Shown here: positions 1 through 8,339 of the stretch, in pieces | Layout: each line of letters opens with the position of its first letter | Numbering within the stretch: the first letter of the stretch is position 1 | Origin: a virus | Lineage: Duplodnaviria; Caudoviricetes | Virus record (IMG/VR): IMGVR_UViG_3300020047_008132 | Span: 4,325 to 68,324 of that record | Length of the DNA stretch: 64,000 nt | Direction: 5' to 3' (one strand) | Notes under the pieces: model-generated | Databases searched by the model: none | Seen by the model: the letters and a program-made list of their open reading frames with translations, nothing else | Told to the model about the DNA's origin: nothing | Made by a program: the position numbers and the translations under genes

Positions 1-21
1 CCCAATGAAGTTAAGGATAAA

Positions 22-432
22 ATGTCCAGAACAAAGAAGGGTAAGGTATTTACAGATGAACATAGAAAGAATTTGAGTATTGCATTTAAAGGTAGAGTAC
101 TTAGCTTGGAGGCAAGACACAATATGGCTATTGCTCACATGGGCGATAAGTCTAGTTTTTGGAAAGGTGGTCTAACAAAGAAATCTGAAGACATAAGAAA
201 ATCTCCAGAGTATAGTCAATGGAGGCGTGAGGTATTCCACAGAGATAATTACAAGTGTGTTGAGTGCGGGGCTGGCGAAAATATACAGGCTGATCATATT
301 AAACCATTCTCTTTATTCCCCGAATTGAGATTTGATATTAATAACGGTAGGACTTTATGTAAATCATGCCATAAAGAAACACCTACCTATGGTAGAAAAA
401 TTGCAAATTATAGGGCAACAATTCAAGCATAA
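22..432 (+). CDS. NUMOD3-motif HNH homing endonuclease
   Basis: N-terminal KKGKVFTDEHRKNLS (NUMOD3-like); C-terminal CVECG..ADHIKPF..NGRTLCKSCH HNH motif. Confidence 0.85.
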   Translation: MSRTKKGKVFTDEHRKNLSIAFKGRVLSLEARHNMAIAHMGDKSSFWKGGLTKKSEDIRKSPEYSQWRREVFHRDNYKCVECGAGENIQADHIKPFSLFPELRFDINNGRTLCKSCHKETPTYGRKIANYRATIQA

Positions 433-433
433 T

Positions 434-766
434 ATGACCGAAAAAGAGCTACTTGAATTTTTCACCCCAGCAAAGATAATCGGTATATGCTTTGCGGTAG
501 GCACTTTGGGATATGTTTTTTACTTAACAGTAACCCATAGGAATGAGTTTTGGAGCGCGGTAAAGGGGGAGAACAACAAACTTGATATTATTGAAGCCGT
601 TGTAATTATCTGGATGGTGTTATTTGTGGCCATGATTACGGCTGATTTTGCGCTTGGGCTTCATGCAAGCAATGAGGCTTGGTATTCAATGGATGCTATA
701 TTTGCATTCAGTGTGGCGGGTAGCAAATTTGCAACGCGGTCAAAGATACAAGAACCAAAAGAATAG
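434..766 (+). CDS. Membrane protein, holin-like
   Basis: Three hydrophobic segments, charged C-terminus; ATG at 434 preferred over the track start 332. Confidence 0.45.
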   Translation: MTEKELLEFFTPAKIIGICFAVGTLGYVFYLTVTHRNEFWSAVKGENNKLDIIEAVVIIWMVLFVAMITADFALGLHASNEAWYSMDAIFAFSVAGSKFATRSKIQEPKE

Positions 767-781
767 TTATATTTGCACTGC

Positions 782-1018
782 ATGGCCAAGATAATAGAAA
801 GAAAACTTGGAAGGGAGAACGCATTCGGACTAGCCGATATTGAAAAAAAGATTATAGAAATTGACCCACGTCAAAAGCCTAAAACGTACTTCGACACGTT
901 GATACACGAGGCCTTACATTTGGCATTTCCAGAAGCCACCGAAACCAGAATCAGGAAGGCTACAAAAATAATACGCGATATACTTTGGACACATAAATAC
1001 CGAAAGGTTAACCAATGA
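782..1018 (+). CDS. Small HExxH zincin-like protein
   Basis: TLIHEALH motif. Confidence 0.55.
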   Translation: MAKIIERKLGRENAFGLADIEKKIIEIDPRQKPKTYFDTLIHEALHLAFPEATETRIRKATKIIRDILWTHKYRKVNQ

Positions 1019-2085
1019 ATCAAGGAACCAAAAAAGAACTAGCCTTAAAATTCCTTAAAGAAAACGATCACAGAATAAAGGTACTCCAGGCAATGGATAC
1101 AGGCTGGAAGCAAACACTAGCCAGAGAACTTTTTGAAAAATACAAATCAGAATTTAAAAACATTGACTCTGCAAGGTCAGTGATAAGGGCATTAACAGAC
1201 TCAGCAGGTGCTAAAAACCGAAAATGGAAATCAGTAAAATTTGAAGTTACATCTGATAAGAAGGTTTCAAACTTCCACTGGCGTGACCCAATAGAGCCAC
1301 TAAAGCAGTTAAAAAAAGTTTTTGATAACGGTAAAGGAAGCCAAGACTTTGCAAATTGGAAGGTTAAAACAAACGAAGATATTTGCGTTATTGTTGCGGG
1401 TGATTTACATGCTGGTTCATGGGCAACTGACTACGATTTACTAATAAAGATAACTGAAGAAATTATTAATACCCCTAATCTATACGTTATCCTTATTGGG
1501 GATTTACTTCAAATGTCTATCAAACTCCGTGGTGTGTTGGAGGTTTCGGATAATGCCTTGCCCCCAAAGTGGCAATTGATGTGGTTGGAATCATGGCTTA
1601 TGGATATTAAACATAAAGTAATTTGTTCAACTTGGGATAACCATTCAGTAATGAGGGAAGAAAATGCTACTGGATATTCCCGTTATGCTGATATTTTCCA
1701 AAGGCATGTTATCTATCACGACAACATAGGGCATATAGATATAACAGTTAACGACAATACTTATAAGGTTGCAGCGGCTCACTTTTTTAGAGGTCGCACA
1801 ATGTATAACCCGTGTCATGGGCAAATGAGGTATATGAGGATGACCGCCAACGATCGAGAAATTGCGGTCGCTGGTGATAGTCATGAACCTGGAATAATTG
1901 TATATAACGAAGGAGGCACAAAGAAACGGGTAGCAATTAACTGCGGGTCAATCCAAAATGGTGGGTACGGCAAAAGATTCTTTAGCTTAGTCAATAGCCC
2001 TGTATTTCCTTGCTTTGTTTTAGGAGCAAAAGAGAGATATATAACCCCTTATTGGAGTGTTAAAGAATGGCTTACAAAACAGTAA
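1015..2085 (+). CDS. Calcineurin-like metallophosphoesterase
   Basis: GDLH, GDLL, DNH, AHFF and GDSH motifs in the expected order. Confidence 0.8.
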   Translation: MNQGTKKELALKFLKENDHRIKVLQAMDTGWKQTLARELFEKYKSEFKNIDSARSVIRALTDSAGAKNRKWKSVKFEVTSDKKVSNFHWRDPIEPLKQLKKVFDNGKGSQDFANWKVKTNEDICVIVAGDLHAGSWATDYDLLIKITEEIINTPNLYVILIGDLLQMSIKLRGVLEVSDNALPPKWQLMWLESWLMDIKHKVICSTWDNHSVMREENATGYSRYADIFQRHVIYHDNIGHIDITVNDNTYKVAAAHFFRGRTMYNPCHGQMRYMRMTANDREIAVAGDSHEPGIIVYNEGGTKKRVAINCGSIQNGGYGKRFFSLVNSPVFPCFVLGAKERYITPYWSVKEWLTKQ

Positions 2086-2101
2086 CTTACAAAGATGTAA
2101 C

Positions 2102-2449
2102 ATGAAAAAAGCCCAACCTGTAATAATCTTCATTCTATTTGTAGCCTGTTTATTTATGTACTTGCGTACACCTAGCGGCCATAAGCAGGAGATAGAGAGG
2201 ATGGCTAAAGAAATTAAGTTGCATAAATACAAAGCTGATAGCATTAGTAACCATGCCAAAGCCTTAAAAGATAGTTTGACAATAGCCTTTAACACAATCA
2301 GGATACAGGATGAGGTTATTAAGCAGGATAGTATTAAAGCCTATAAACAGCGTAAAAGATATGAAAGCATTATTTTTAAGCCTCTTGCTAATGACCATGA
2401 GCGGGATAGCATACTCGCAATTTTATACCCTTCCAGCCGTATACGTTGA
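2102..2449 (+). CDS. N-terminal TM coiled-coil protein (spanin-like)
   Basis: N-terminal hydrophobic helix then coiled coil; overlaps next gene; lysis-type context. Confidence 0.4.
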   Translation: MKKAQPVIIFILFVACLFMYLRTPSGHKQEIERMAKEIKLHKYKADSISNHAKALKDSLTIAFNTIRIQDEVIKQDSIKAYKQRKRYESIIFKPLANDHERDSILAILYPSSRIR

Positions 2450-2738
2450 TTCAATGTTTTTTGAGGTGGCCAAAGGTAGGGCATGCGACTCATTACAGGC
2501 CGCACAATCAACGCTAATCAAAAGCCAGGGAGAACAGCTACTTAACCAAGATAGTGCCTTAAAACTAGCCGTATCGCTTTCAGAAGCCAAAGAAGCAGAA
2601 GTTAAGGAATTACGCCAAGCGTTGACTAAAACAGAGGCTAAGTCCAAGATGGAACTAAAAGACCAAAAGACCAAAACCAGAAAGATAACTTTAATAGCTA
2701 TCGGTCAGGCTGTTATCATTGTGCTGTTAATCCTTTAG
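2361..2738 (+). CDS. Signal peptide + coiled coil + C-terminal TM protein (spanin-like)
   Basis: MKALFLSLLLM signal, coiled coil, C-terminal IAIGQAVIIVLLIL. Confidence 0.4.
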   Translation: MKALFLSLLLMTMSGIAYSQFYTLPAVYVDSMFFEVAKGRACDSLQAAQSTLIKSQGEQLLNQDSALKLAVSLSEAKEAEVKELRQALTKTEAKSKMELKDQKTKTRKITLIAIGQAVIIVLLIL

Positions 2739-2879
2739 ATTCAATTTAAACGGATATTATGGCTTATATATACTTATTATAAGCAATGCAAGCCGCCAAT
2801 TAAAAAAGCTGCCATAACCCCACCTCCTCCGCTACACGTGCCCACGCTCACGCTTTTTTGCCCACGCAGCAAGCACTGC

Positions 2880-3722
2880 TTATAACACCAAGTTTGTGCC
2901 ATTTGTAAAAAATTGTTTTATATTTTGCTTCATTTTTAAAACTTTAAAGAAAAAACCCACCGCACTAGAGTAACTAAAAAAGTGTAGTCTGACTTATAAA
3001 GTCACGGTAGCGTTGCTCCTGCTTATCAAAATACTCTTTATCAATTTCAAAGGCGGTAAAGTCCATCTTGTATTTGTGTGCTGAAATACGGTTAGAGCCT
3101 GAGCCTAAATGCGTGTCAATTACTTTCATTCCTTCTTCGGCATAGTTTTTATATATCCAGTCATATAATGCAACCGGCTTTTGTGTAGGGTGTGTTTTCT
3201 TTTCTCCTTGTGGATTATTCAAATATCCAAACCCAATCCAGTCATAGGTGAATCTTCTCAAGATACAATTAAATGAAGTCCACGCAAGTTCACCGTCTGA
3301 AAAGTTTGTATTATTTGCATTCGTTATTTTTTTATCCCAAAAAATCCATCCCTTCTTAGGTGGCAGTAAGTCTGCAAAATAATTACCTCCCCATACAATT
3401 TGATTCTTTGAAACGCGTTGAAGTTCGGCAAAGTATTCATCACTTGGTCGTTCATTATCCCATCCTTTTTTATCATGGTGCTGTTTATTTGAAAAAGTGT
3501 TTGCCTTACCTCCTTTGCCTTTTACGGTGGTATTCCCATCAAAGTTGATTCCGTATGGCGGGTCAACGACAGCCAAGTCGAAATAATTATCAGGAAACTG
3601 TTTCATTCCTTCGACACAATCAGAATTAAATACAATAGAACCCACGCTTTTTTTCTTTAAAGTTTTAAAAATTCATAAGGTCAATTTTTTACAAACGGAC
3701 ACAAACTCTTGCAGCGTTAGCT
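2880..3722 (+). repeat. attC-like site with a gene inside its loop
   Basis: R'' TTATAAC 2880-2886, R' GTTAGCT 3716-3722; arms ~2890-2955 and ~3648-3708 are inverted repeats (AGTTTGTG-CCATTTGTAAAAAATTG; TTTTTAAAACTTTAAAGAAAAAA). Confidence 0.75.
2974..3645 (-). CDS. DNA N4-cytosine/N6-adenine methyltransferase (beta class)
   Basis: DPPY motif, HPTQKP, then DTHLGSGS SAM-binding motif; GTG start. Confidence 0.9.
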   Translation of the reverse strand: MGSIVFNSDCVEGMKQFPDNYFDLAVVDPPYGINFDGNTTVKGKGGKANTFSNKQHHDKKGWDNERPSDEYFAELQRVSKNQIVWGGNYFADLLPPKKGWIFWDKKITNANNTNFSDGELAWTSFNCILRRFTYDWIGFGYLNNPQGEKKTHPTQKPVALYDWIYKNYAEEGMKVIDTHLGSGSNRISAHKYKMDFTAFEIDKEYFDKQEQRYRDFISQTTLF

Positions 3723-4058
3723 GCCATTTGCGGACGACAAAACATATCTCGGCATTGGTTCGCCTTGATGCTGTTCGATACCTTTAAACACCAGCGTTTT
3801 GTTTTCAATAAGCGGACGTATTACTTCGTGCCGTACAAGGCAATCAGCATACATAAACATTCCACGTTCAGGCAAAAACCAAACGCTGTGAAACATCCCC
3901 TGCGGTTTGTAAAATTCATCTTCTAACGATAGTTCGTGTTCAATCGCTTCAATTATTTTACGTTGGCTTAAATCAATTGAATAATCAAATTTTTCTCCAC
4001 CTACGCCTGACGACCTATGTAGGCCATCATTAAATCCGTTTAATAAATTCTTTTCCAT
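3717..4058 (-). CDS. Hypothetical cassette protein
   Basis: ORF fills the cassette; stop TAA lies in the complement of the GTTAG core site. Confidence 0.6.
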   Translation of the reverse strand: MEKNLLNGFNDGLHRSSGVGGEKFDYSIDLSQRKIIEAIEHELSLEDEFYKPQGMFHSVWFLPERGMFMYADCLVRHEVIRPLIENKTLVFKGIEQHQGEPMPRYVLSSANGS

Positions 4059-4121
4059 TTTGTCAAGTTATATGTTTACTTTTTAATCATTTTGTCAAGT
4101 TATAGGCTGACTAAAAACGGC

Positions 4122-4252
4122 AGCTAACAATATATTGGCAAAAGGCGGGCTGACGGTAATTAGAATGAGCATTTGCACTTTTGGCAACATTCCTACATAA
4201 CTCATCAGTAGTGCTATATTTCCCGCCCTTCGCCAATATTTTGCCGTTAGCG
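4122..4252 (+). repeat. attC-like site
   Basis: AGCTAAC...GTTAGCG; stem ATATTGGCAAAAGGCGGG / CCCGCCCTTCGCCAATAT. Confidence 0.85.
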
Positions 4253-4274
4253 GTAATTGCACCCCACCGCACGG

Positions 4275-4667
4275 TTAGAGTTCTTTATGAATTTGTAAAT
4301 AGTCCTCCAATTCGGTTAATGTATTTGCAGGTATATTAAAACCATCACTTTGCAAGTCGGGATTTTCTACCTTCATATTATCAAACATCCATCTCATAGT
4401 TTCTTGGGCGTTTTTTAATAAATTGAATTGCTTTGAAATATCCCTTTCATTTTGGTTTTTAAAAAATGCGTATTCTAAACAAGTTCTTGAGCAATAGTGG
4501 TGCATCCCATTACTTTCAATAATATGGCTATCTGTGCTATCATTTTTTATTTTGCCATTAATTATAATCCACCTAAATGGATGCTCTTTAATATCATTAA
4601 CCTCATAGGTATTTTCGCATTTTTTACCATCTTCAAAACGGTGTCCATCACATTTGTATATTAACAT
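4275..4667 (-). CDS. Hypothetical cassette protein with Cys/His (possible Zn) motifs
   Basis: YKCDG..KCE and HYCSRTC. Confidence 0.55.
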   Translation of the reverse strand: MLIYKCDGHRFEDGKKCENTYEVNDIKEHPFRWIIINGKIKNDSTDSHIIESNGMHHYCSRTCLEYAFFKNQNERDISKQFNLLKNAQETMRWMFDNMKVENPDLQSDGFNIPANTLTELEDYLQIHKEL

Positions 4668-4715
4668 ATTATTTTAGTTTTAAATTGTTTCTAATTCATT
4701 CGCTGTGCAACTAAC

Positions 4716-4772
4716 CGCTAACAGCGTATAAAAGCCATTGAAAAAACGGCTCTTATACGCAAAACGTTATGC
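4716..4772 (+). repeat. Short attC-like site (57 bp)
   Basis: CGCTAAC A GCGTATAAAAGCCA-loop-CGGCTCTTATACGC AAAAC GTTATGC. Confidence 0.85.
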
Positions 4773-5048
4773 GAAACCGCCAACATTCGTATAAGAAAAA
4801 AGCGTTTGTTGATATTCTGCAGAAAGATTTTTTACTTTCTCTAATTCATTCGGCATATTTTTATACAAGCCTTTTTGTCTATTTTGTTCACATTGAAATA
4901 AATATCTCTGAATGCTCCAAAGTTTTAAAAAATCTTTCTTTGGAATATCCCAATTTCTTAAATTGTAAAATCCTTGCAAAGGTTGGTATTCGCATAACAC
5001 AGGTTTTGCAATACCGTGCTTGAATGTTTCAGTTGGACTATTTTTCAT
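4767..5048 (-). CDS. Hypothetical cassette protein starting inside the attC loop
   Basis: ATG at 5048 within attC 4992-5123; stop overlaps GTTAT core at 4766. Confidence 0.55.
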   Translation of the reverse strand: MKNSPTETFKHGIAKPVLCEYQPLQGFYNLRNWDIPKKDFLKLWSIQRYLFQCEQNRQKGLYKNMPNELEKVKNLSAEYQQTLFSYTNVGGFA

Positions 5049-5123
5049 TTTAATAAAGTTTTTTGTTAGTATTTAGTTTCGTTGTCTTTAGGCACGGCAT
5101 CGCAAAGCCTTTTAACGTTATGT
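4992..5123 (+). repeat. attC-like site
   Basis: GCATAAC...GTTATGT; stem GGTTTTGCAATACCGTGC / GCACGGCATCGCAAAGCC. Confidence 0.85.
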
Positions 5124-5170
5124 GCAATTTTCTTTTTCATTTTTTTTCCCACCGCACAATGATTAAATGA

Positions 5171-5995
5171 TTAATCGAAGTTGCATATAGCACAATTTTG
5201 TTTTTCAAAGTTCACTTCCCAATCTTCACGACCAAATGATAAATAAGTTTTAATAAAATCTTCTTCATCTCTGCCCCAGTGCTTTTTTAGTCTGTTGCTT
5301 AAATCAACTGCCCTTTGCCAATATTCAGGGTAATGTATTCGCACCAATTCAAAATCCGACTTCTGCATATTTTTGCATGGTAAGCAGTTGTTATGGGTAA
5401 ATACTCTTTTCCCTGCTTCGTTTCTGATGTCGTAAATTTTCGGATACCAACCTATTTTTTCTTTCACAATTCCAAAACACCATTCATTGTCTTTATCTAT
5501 AATTGGAAATGCTTTGTAATAAATCATGTTTGGTGCATTGACAAACATTCGCTTTTCCCTTCGCCTTTCGTTTCTCACATAGCCCACCAAATCAATTTCA
5601 ATTCGTTTTTCTGCCATGTAATTTACAATCGGAATTACTTTTAATTCCTTTGTGCAAATTGGAATAGCTGCCGGGTGTGGTATCATTTTCATTTTCTCAA
5701 AATGAGCAATGATGCTATTCCAAGTTTCTTTGTAGAAAACGGTTTTGAAATTTTTCTTTGCAAACTCAACCCCTGCCAAAACAAAATCTCTTGTGTCTGG
5801 GCTATGTTCTTCAAAGTGTGCATAGAATAAATGCAACTCCAAAGGCTTTTTTTCTTCTGCTATTTCAGCCAACCAACACAGCACAGCCATTGAGTTTATG
5901 CCACCTGATAAACCAATCATAATTTTCTTATCTGAGAAATCACCTTTCTCAATCATAAGTGCTGCTGTATCTCTTTCAAATAATTCTATCTGCAT
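5171..5995 (-). CDS. PAPS reductase-like (PP-loop) protein
   Basis: IGLSGGINS PP-loop, PICTKELK, GYVRNERRR, C-terminal NCLPC; ATG at 5995 preferred. Confidence 0.75.
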   Translation of the reverse strand: MQIELFERDTAALMIEKGDFSDKKIMIGLSGGINSMAVLCWLAEIAEEKKPLELHLFYAHFEEHSPDTRDFVLAGVEFAKKNFKTVFYKETWNSIIAHFEKMKMIPHPAAIPICTKELKVIPIVNYMAEKRIEIDLVGYVRNERRREKRMFVNAPNMIYYKAFPIIDKDNEWCFGIVKEKIGWYPKIYDIRNEAGKRVFTHNNCLPCKNMQKSDFELVRIHYPEYWQRAVDLSNRLKKHWGRDEEDFIKTYLSFGREDWEVNFEKQNCAICNFD

Positions 5996-6054
5996 ACTTT
6001 TAATGATTAAATTGATTAATTGCCCACGCACAAAAAATGAAAAAGAAAACAGAC

Positions 6055-6186
6055 ACATAACAGCACCTAACCAAAATTGGCGGCTTAGCGGTAAATTGAA
6101 CTGTATTGCTTCGTATCATCATTTGTGCTTGTTTGAAAATTTGTACTTCGTAATCGCCAACTTCGGTTAGCCGCAAAACGTTAATC
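6055..6186 (+). repeat. attC-like site, right end of array 1
   Basis: ACATAAC...GTTAATC; stem CTAACCAAAATTGGCG / CGCCAACTTCGGTTAG. Confidence 0.85.
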
Positions 6187-6646
6187 AAAACCTAATCCAT
6201 GCACCAATACTTGGCGCAAAAGTGAAATGGTTACTCATTGTAAGTTCATACCTGATCGCGATATCCCTGTTTACTTCCTGAATGATACTGCCCCCGAATG
6301 TCATGCCATGACCAACGCGGTCAGATTCATCCGTCGGCATTGAGGTAAGACTGTATCCAATGATTAACCTTGCGGTGATGTCTTTGTCAAGTTCAAAGCT
6401 GTAACCGGTGCGAACCTGGAGCACCTTAGGAGCCGATACTTCCGGCGAAAGCGTGATGATCTGATTGTATTCGAGGAAAGATGGTCCAATGTTCCTGCCA
6501 GCCGTTAAGTTGGCGGAAAGGTATGATGAACTTCCTGGGACGTAGCCCAACGCAAGCGAGGCGTAGCCGTTGTGTTTGTTTATTTGGGCAAAGGAGGCCA
6601 TGGAAAAGATGATCAGCAGTAGGGTGATGATGGTTATGGTTTTCAT
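6185..6646 (-). CDS. Secreted/outer-membrane beta-barrel-like protein
   Basis: Sec signal ending SFA-Q, amphipathic beta pattern, C-terminal aromatic WIRF. Confidence 0.55.
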   Translation of the reverse strand: MKTITIITLLLIIFSMASFAQINKHNGYASLALGYVPGSSSYLSANLTAGRNIGPSFLEYNQIITLSPEVSAPKVLQVRTGYSFELDKDITARLIIGYSLTSMPTDESDRVGHGMTFGGSIIQEVNRDIAIRYELTMSNHFTFAPSIGAWIRF

Positions 6647-6651
6647 TGCGT

Positions 6652-6813
6652 TTAGTTTTTAATGTGAAATTTTGAAAGGATTGATATGACTAATTTTTTG
6701 ATCTGATCAATCTTTGAAACCGGGACACGAAAGGAAATCGTTTTTGTTGGCTCGTTGTACTTGGCTTTCCGGCCTGATGATGCTTGTTTTCCGCCGCGTG
6801 ATTGTTTTTTCAT
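6652..6813 (-). CDS. Small ribbon-helix-helix DNA-binding protein (53 aa, not in track)
   Basis: Manual translation MKKQSRGGKQASSGRKAKYNEPTKTISFRVPVSKIDQIKKLV. Confidence 0.6.
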   Translation of the reverse strand: MKKQSRGGKQASSGRKAKYNEPTKTISFRVPVSKIDQIKKLVISILSKFHIKN

Positions 6814-6989
6814 TATCTTGCTGCGCTTTTTAATGCGTGTTTATGTTCTTTGACATATTCAATCTTTTTAGCATCAGGATATTTTTCTTTCAGCCATTTT
6901 TTTGCTTCGGTAATTCCAAAGGAAAGTTCTGATTTTATTTCGTGATAACTTACCCTACCTGAAAAGGTTAGTTTAAATTTCCGTTTCAT
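6813..6989 (-). CDS. Small hypothetical protein (58 aa, not in track)
   Basis: Manual translation MKRKFKLTFSGRVSYHEIK...; overlapping stop/start with neighbours. Confidence 0.5.
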   Translation of the reverse strand: MKRKFKLTFSGRVSYHEIKSELSFGITEAKKWLKEKYPDAKKIEYVKEHKHALKSAAR

Positions 6990-7339
6990 TGTATGCCGAA
7001 CGGTTTTAAAATGTCCTGAAAAATTGGGTTGAGACTTGACGGTATGTTTTTGCTTTTCAGGTAGTCCTCAAAGGCTTCGTATCTATATTCTGCGTGGTCG
7101 CCAACGATTACGTATTCTTCCCTTGCTGCATCAAACGCTTTTCTTTCTTCCTGTGTCTCAAGATTCATTTCCACTATTTCTGATAGTGTGAAATCTGAAA
7201 TTATTTGCCCGTCCTTTGCTTCATCATCTTTTACTATGCAGCTTACTCTTGTTCCTCTGATTTCGTGAACTTCCAACCATTGACCGTTAAGGTTTTTGTA
7301 GTTGCTTTTGGTTTGAATTTTTGCTTTCATGTTTTGCAT
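6986..7339 (-). CDS. Hypothetical protein
   Basis: ORF in coupled operon. Confidence 0.55.
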   Translation of the reverse strand: MQNMKAKIQTKSNYKNLNGQWLEVHEIRGTRVSCIVKDDEAKDGQIISDFTLSEIVEMNLETQEERKAFDAAREEYVIVGDHAEYRYEAFEDYLKSKNIPSSLNPIFQDILKPFGIQ

Positions 7340-7442
7340 TTTGATTGGTTAAATTATACAACAAAGATGCTACTATAAAACGTATAATCCTGATATTTCA
7401 CCAATTATTTTTATACAATAATTTCAGGATTCTTACTAATCG

Positions 7443-8339
7443 CTATAACGCCGTCCTTAATCCAATAGGAACAACAACATCAGGAACCGGGCGCACCAAA
7501 TGCCCGCATTGATACCCACCGGCATATACCGGGAAGTTGTACTGATCCGTTCCGGCAATAAGCCCATACGGCAGTCCTGTCTTATCATATACGGCAATCT
7601 CTTTTCCGTCAATATCCCCTTTCAAAACAGTTGTAAACTCTGACCGATGTATATACCGCTTCTTGACCATGTGAACACAGAACTCCCGCGAGGTCTTAAT
7701 AAGCGATCCTGAGTATTCAAACCAATTCCAGCCCAGGTCATCAGATACAATTTGCCCATACTGCCGGTTGTACTGATTGATTGAATCGGTTACAATCTGC
7801 TTACTATACTTCAACAGCTTGCCATCCCCTGCATCTGTATTCGTGATAAACTCCCGCATCTGACCTACAAACTTCGTAATGGTCCCGCCGCCGGTTATAT
7901 TCTGCCTGAGTATATCCTGTATTGGCTTTATCACGTTTTCTGTAATACCGCTTTCTGTCAGAGACTCTAATGCTGAATCAATAGACTGTAATTTTATCTC
8001 CTCATAAACTTTTCCGGCTGAAAATTCTGCTTGTAATGAATTAAAATACTTGTTTTGAAGTGCCGAAACGTTGTCGAACTGTTTAATGTACTTTGATACA
8101 TTTTTCAGGTATTCTTTGGAAAGTATGATCTTTCGAAGCTGTGTCTTAATCTTCCCAATGGTGCGGATATTGGCAATGTTATTCTTTATCCGGCCATTGC
8201 TTACCTCGAGGTCTTTTATCAGACCAACCACCTCGGCAAATATCTTATCCTGAATCCCAGGGACGGCTTTAATAAAGTCGTTTACCGAGGATTCGAGTAC
8301 ATAAGTTAGCGCATTTACTATTTTGTCGGTTTCGGTCAT
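7443..8339 (-). CDS. Phage minor head protein (SPP1 gp7/Mu F-like)
   Basis: Directly after portal; SREFC and C-terminal GGYQCGH motif. Confidence 0.75.
   Translation of the reverse strand: MTETDKIVNALTYVLESSVNDFIKAVPGIQDKIFAEVVGLIKDLEVSNGRIKNNIANIRTIGKIKTQLRKIILSKEYLKNVSKYIKQFDNVSALQNKYFNSLQAEFSAGKVYEEIKLQSIDSALESLTESGITENVIKPIQDILRQNITGGGTITKFVGQMREFITNTDAGDGKLLKYSKQIVTDSINQYNRQYGQIVSDDLGWNWFEYSGSLIKTSREFCVHMVKKRYIHRSEFTTVLKGDIDGKEIAVYDKTGLPYGLIAGTDQYNFPVYAGGYQCGHLVRPVPDVVVPIGLRTAL

Larger units (their letters stand above)
2777..6186 (+). mobile_element. Integrase-less attC-like gene cassette array 1 (5 cassettes, CALIN-like)
   Basis: Five TAAC...GTTA imperfect palindromes; each cassette start (TTATAAGCA, TTAGCTGCC, TTAGCGGT, TTATGCGAA, TTATGTG) is complementary to the R'' box ending that cassette. 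Confidence 0.85.

Noticed and set aside
22-432. Group I intron around the HNH gene
   Set aside because: No interrupted host gene or intron core is visible in the window
5171-5995. Auxiliary sulfur-assimilation gene cysH
   Set aside because: No other sulfur genes; divergent phage-type PP-loop protein in a DNA-modification context
2956-6031. GCGGTGGG as a Chi site
   Set aside because: Resembles E. coli Chi only loosely; it is confined to hairpin apices instead of being spread genome-wide
2777-6186. CRISPR array
   Set aside because: Repeats are not sequence-identical, units are whole genes, and there are no cas genes
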